From Eledone cirrhosa (lineage: Eukaryota): a stretch of 64,000 bases of DNA. Where the stretch lies: positions 118,730,001 through 118,794,000 of the forward strand of contig OZ024744.1 of NCBI GenBank assembly GCA_964016885.1. The letters are read 5' to 3'. How positions within the stretch are numbered: position 1 is the stretch's first letter; every line of letters starts with the position of its first letter. Position numbers and translations under genes: made by a program. Shown in pieces: positions 61,715 through 64,000 of this stretch. Under the pieces are notes generated by a model. The model searched no databases. It saw only the letters and a program-made list of their open reading frames with translations, and was not told where the DNA came from.

Positions 61715-64000
61715 TTACTAGCAGTGGTACCCGGCGTTGCACGGGCCAAGGTATTTTGGAACGCGGGCCGCCAACAGACCTAATCGTAGAAAAACTGCAT
61801 GGCTCGACAATATGTAAAGAAAATAAACCGAATACTCTGATGGCTGGATAATCTTTAAGATTTTCCTCGATGAAGCAGGAAACATGCAGGTTTTCACCTA
61901 ATGCGAGACCTAGGGCATCAAGAAAATGAAATTTTTATATGCATAATATGACTTGAAATTTCGGGAGAATCGGCTAGACGTAACCTCAAAAAAGCACTAA
62001 TGCGGGCCCTAGGCCATAAAAAGTTAAATTTTTTCTTTGCTCACGGTATGAAGAAGAGACTGACTAATACATATAGTTACAATTTCAAGGAAATTGGCCT
62101 GACGCAAAGCCTCACCCCCCCCCCCCTCTGCGTCCAGAACGCGCCCTTATAATATGTCTGTATGTCTGCCGCTACCCTTGCTCAAGACAAATCTCACACT
62201 CATTCCCCAAACAGTTGGTAAATGCACACAACTTCTTCCTCACGTTTTAAGCTTCAGCGTTGCTTACTTACGTATCACCAGACATTTACTTCTTTGCCAG
62301 CCATGGTTGTGGCAATACTAAGCTTAGCTAAGACGGTTATATATTTCACACAACACTAAAATTGAAAGCCCGTAACTATGTATTAGTCAGTCTCTTCTTC
62401 ATACCGTGAGCAAAGAAAATCCAACTTTTAGTGGAGCGAGTGAAATAAAGTCGACCCTGCTGCGATTAAAAAATCAGGTTTGCAGGTTATATATTTCACA
62501 CAACACTAAAAATTGAAGCCGGTAAAGAAAAACATCGCTGTAATAGCTTCAGTTTTCAGTGTTGCTTACTTACGTGCATTTACGAGAACAAAATGTATTG
62601 TAGAAAACCAACTGTTTTCAAACTTTACACATGTAATACTTATGTTTCAAGGAGTGTTCTGAGAAAAAAAAATTTCAAATTTTCAATGCCCTAGGGACCG
62701 CATTAGACGATTTAGCGATCTTTCTCTGTAATGCAGACAGCCAGACATACCGACAGATATTATAAGGGTGCAACGTTATATGTATGTATCTATCTAAAAA
62801 GAGAAAGACTAAGAATTATAGAGAGAGATTGCTAAATCGCCTAATGTGGTCCCTAGGGCATTGAAAATTTGAAATTTTTTTTTCTCAGAACACTCCCTGA
62901 AGCATAAGTATTACATGTGTAAAGTTTGAAAACAGTTGATTGGGTGCTTCTCGAGTTTTAGGGATTCAAACTCACACACAGACAGACAGACATCCTCAGT
63001 TTTATATTACTAACAGTGGTACCCGGCGTTGCATGGGATAAGGTATTTTGGAATGCGGGCCGCCAACAATCGTGAAAAAACTGCATGCCTCGACAATATG
63101 TCAAGAAAATAAACCGAATACTCTGATGGCTGGATAATATTTAAGATTTTCCTCGGTGAAGCAGGAAAAAGGCAGGTTTTCACCTAATGCGGGCCCTAGG
63201 GGAACAAGAAAATGAATTTTTTTTATATGCATAATATGCCTTGAAATTTCGGGAGAATCGGCTAAACGTAACACCTCAAAAAAGCCCTAAAAAGCTGAAA
63301 AAAAATGAAGTTTTTCACCTAATGTGGACCCTAGGCCATAAAAGAGTTTGATTTTCTTTGCTCACGGTATGAAGAAGAGACCGACTAATACATAGTTACA
63401 ATTTCAGGGAAATCGGTCTGACGTAACGCCTCAAACCCTAATAAGCTGAAAAAACGCAGTTTTTCACCTAATGCAGGCCCTAGGCCATAAACAAGTTGGA
63501 TTTTCTTTGCTCACGGTATGAAGAAGAGACTGACTAATACATAGTTACAATTTCAAGGAAATCAGTCTGACGCAACGCCTAAAAATAAACCTTATAAACC
63601 TGAAAAAAAAAGCAGTTTTTCACCTAATGGATCAAGAAGTTGAATTTTTTTATGTGCATAACACTCACTGAAATATAAGTAATACACATGTAAAGTTTGA
63701 AAAAAGTCGGTTGGGTACTTCTCAAGTTTTAGGGATTCAAACTCACAGACACACACACACACAGACAGACACATCCTCAGGGAAGTGACATAATGCAGAC
63801 ATACAAACAGATATTATAAGGGCGTGATATTATATGTATGTACCTATTAAAAAGAGAAAGACTAAGAATTATAGAGAGAGATCGCTAAATCGCCTAATGC
63901 GGTCCCTAGGGCATTGGAAATTTGAAATTTCTTTTGCTGAGAACACTCCCTGAAACATAAGTATTACATGTGTAAAGTTTGAAAACAGTCGGTTGGGTGC
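61715..64000 (+). mobile_element. Tandem HINE/Helentron-like non-autonomous elements with internal direct and inverted repeats
   Basis: Units start TACTAGCAGTGGTACCCGGCGTTGCACGGG (about 61717) and TACTAACAGTGGTACCCGGCGTTGCATGGG (about 63007) and end ..CAAACTCACACACAGACAGACAGACATCCTCAG. CACCTAATGCGGGCCCTAGG modules are repeated. Confidence 0.65.

Noticed and set aside
49300-64000. First coding exon and promoter of the ZDHHC gene
   Set aside because: No convincing N-terminal TM1 exon was found by eye; it probably lies beyond the right edge of the window.

Overview
Repeat-rich eukaryotic (animal) genomic DNA. The SINE, RTE and HINE-like repeat content suggests an octopus or other coleoid cephalopod; this is inference only. 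One host gene crosses the window on the minus strand: a ZDHHC5/8-type DHHC palmitoyltransferase with six short exons (49176-49297, 36363-36520, 15529-15701, 11601-11703, 8756-8847, 6898-7036) that splice in frame. The intron after the DHHC exon (11704-15528) has clear minor-spliceosome (U12) signals. The introns are packed with mobile DNA: a decayed Helitron; one apparently intact 1081-aa RTE-clade LINE plus several truncated relatives, all with a C4HC3 PHD-like finger inside the reverse transcriptase; nested piggyBac elements; a mariner; two tRNA-derived SINE families; CRE-like fragments; HINE-like elements; and 48-bp minisatellites grown from the LINE 3'UTR. The most unusual items are the PHD-in-RT LINE, a near-perfect palindrome whose two arms each carry a minimal hammerhead ribozyme, a twin-priming-type inverted LINE, and several long short-loop hairpins. 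Exon and TSD coordinates were read base by base; other repeat boundaries are approximate.
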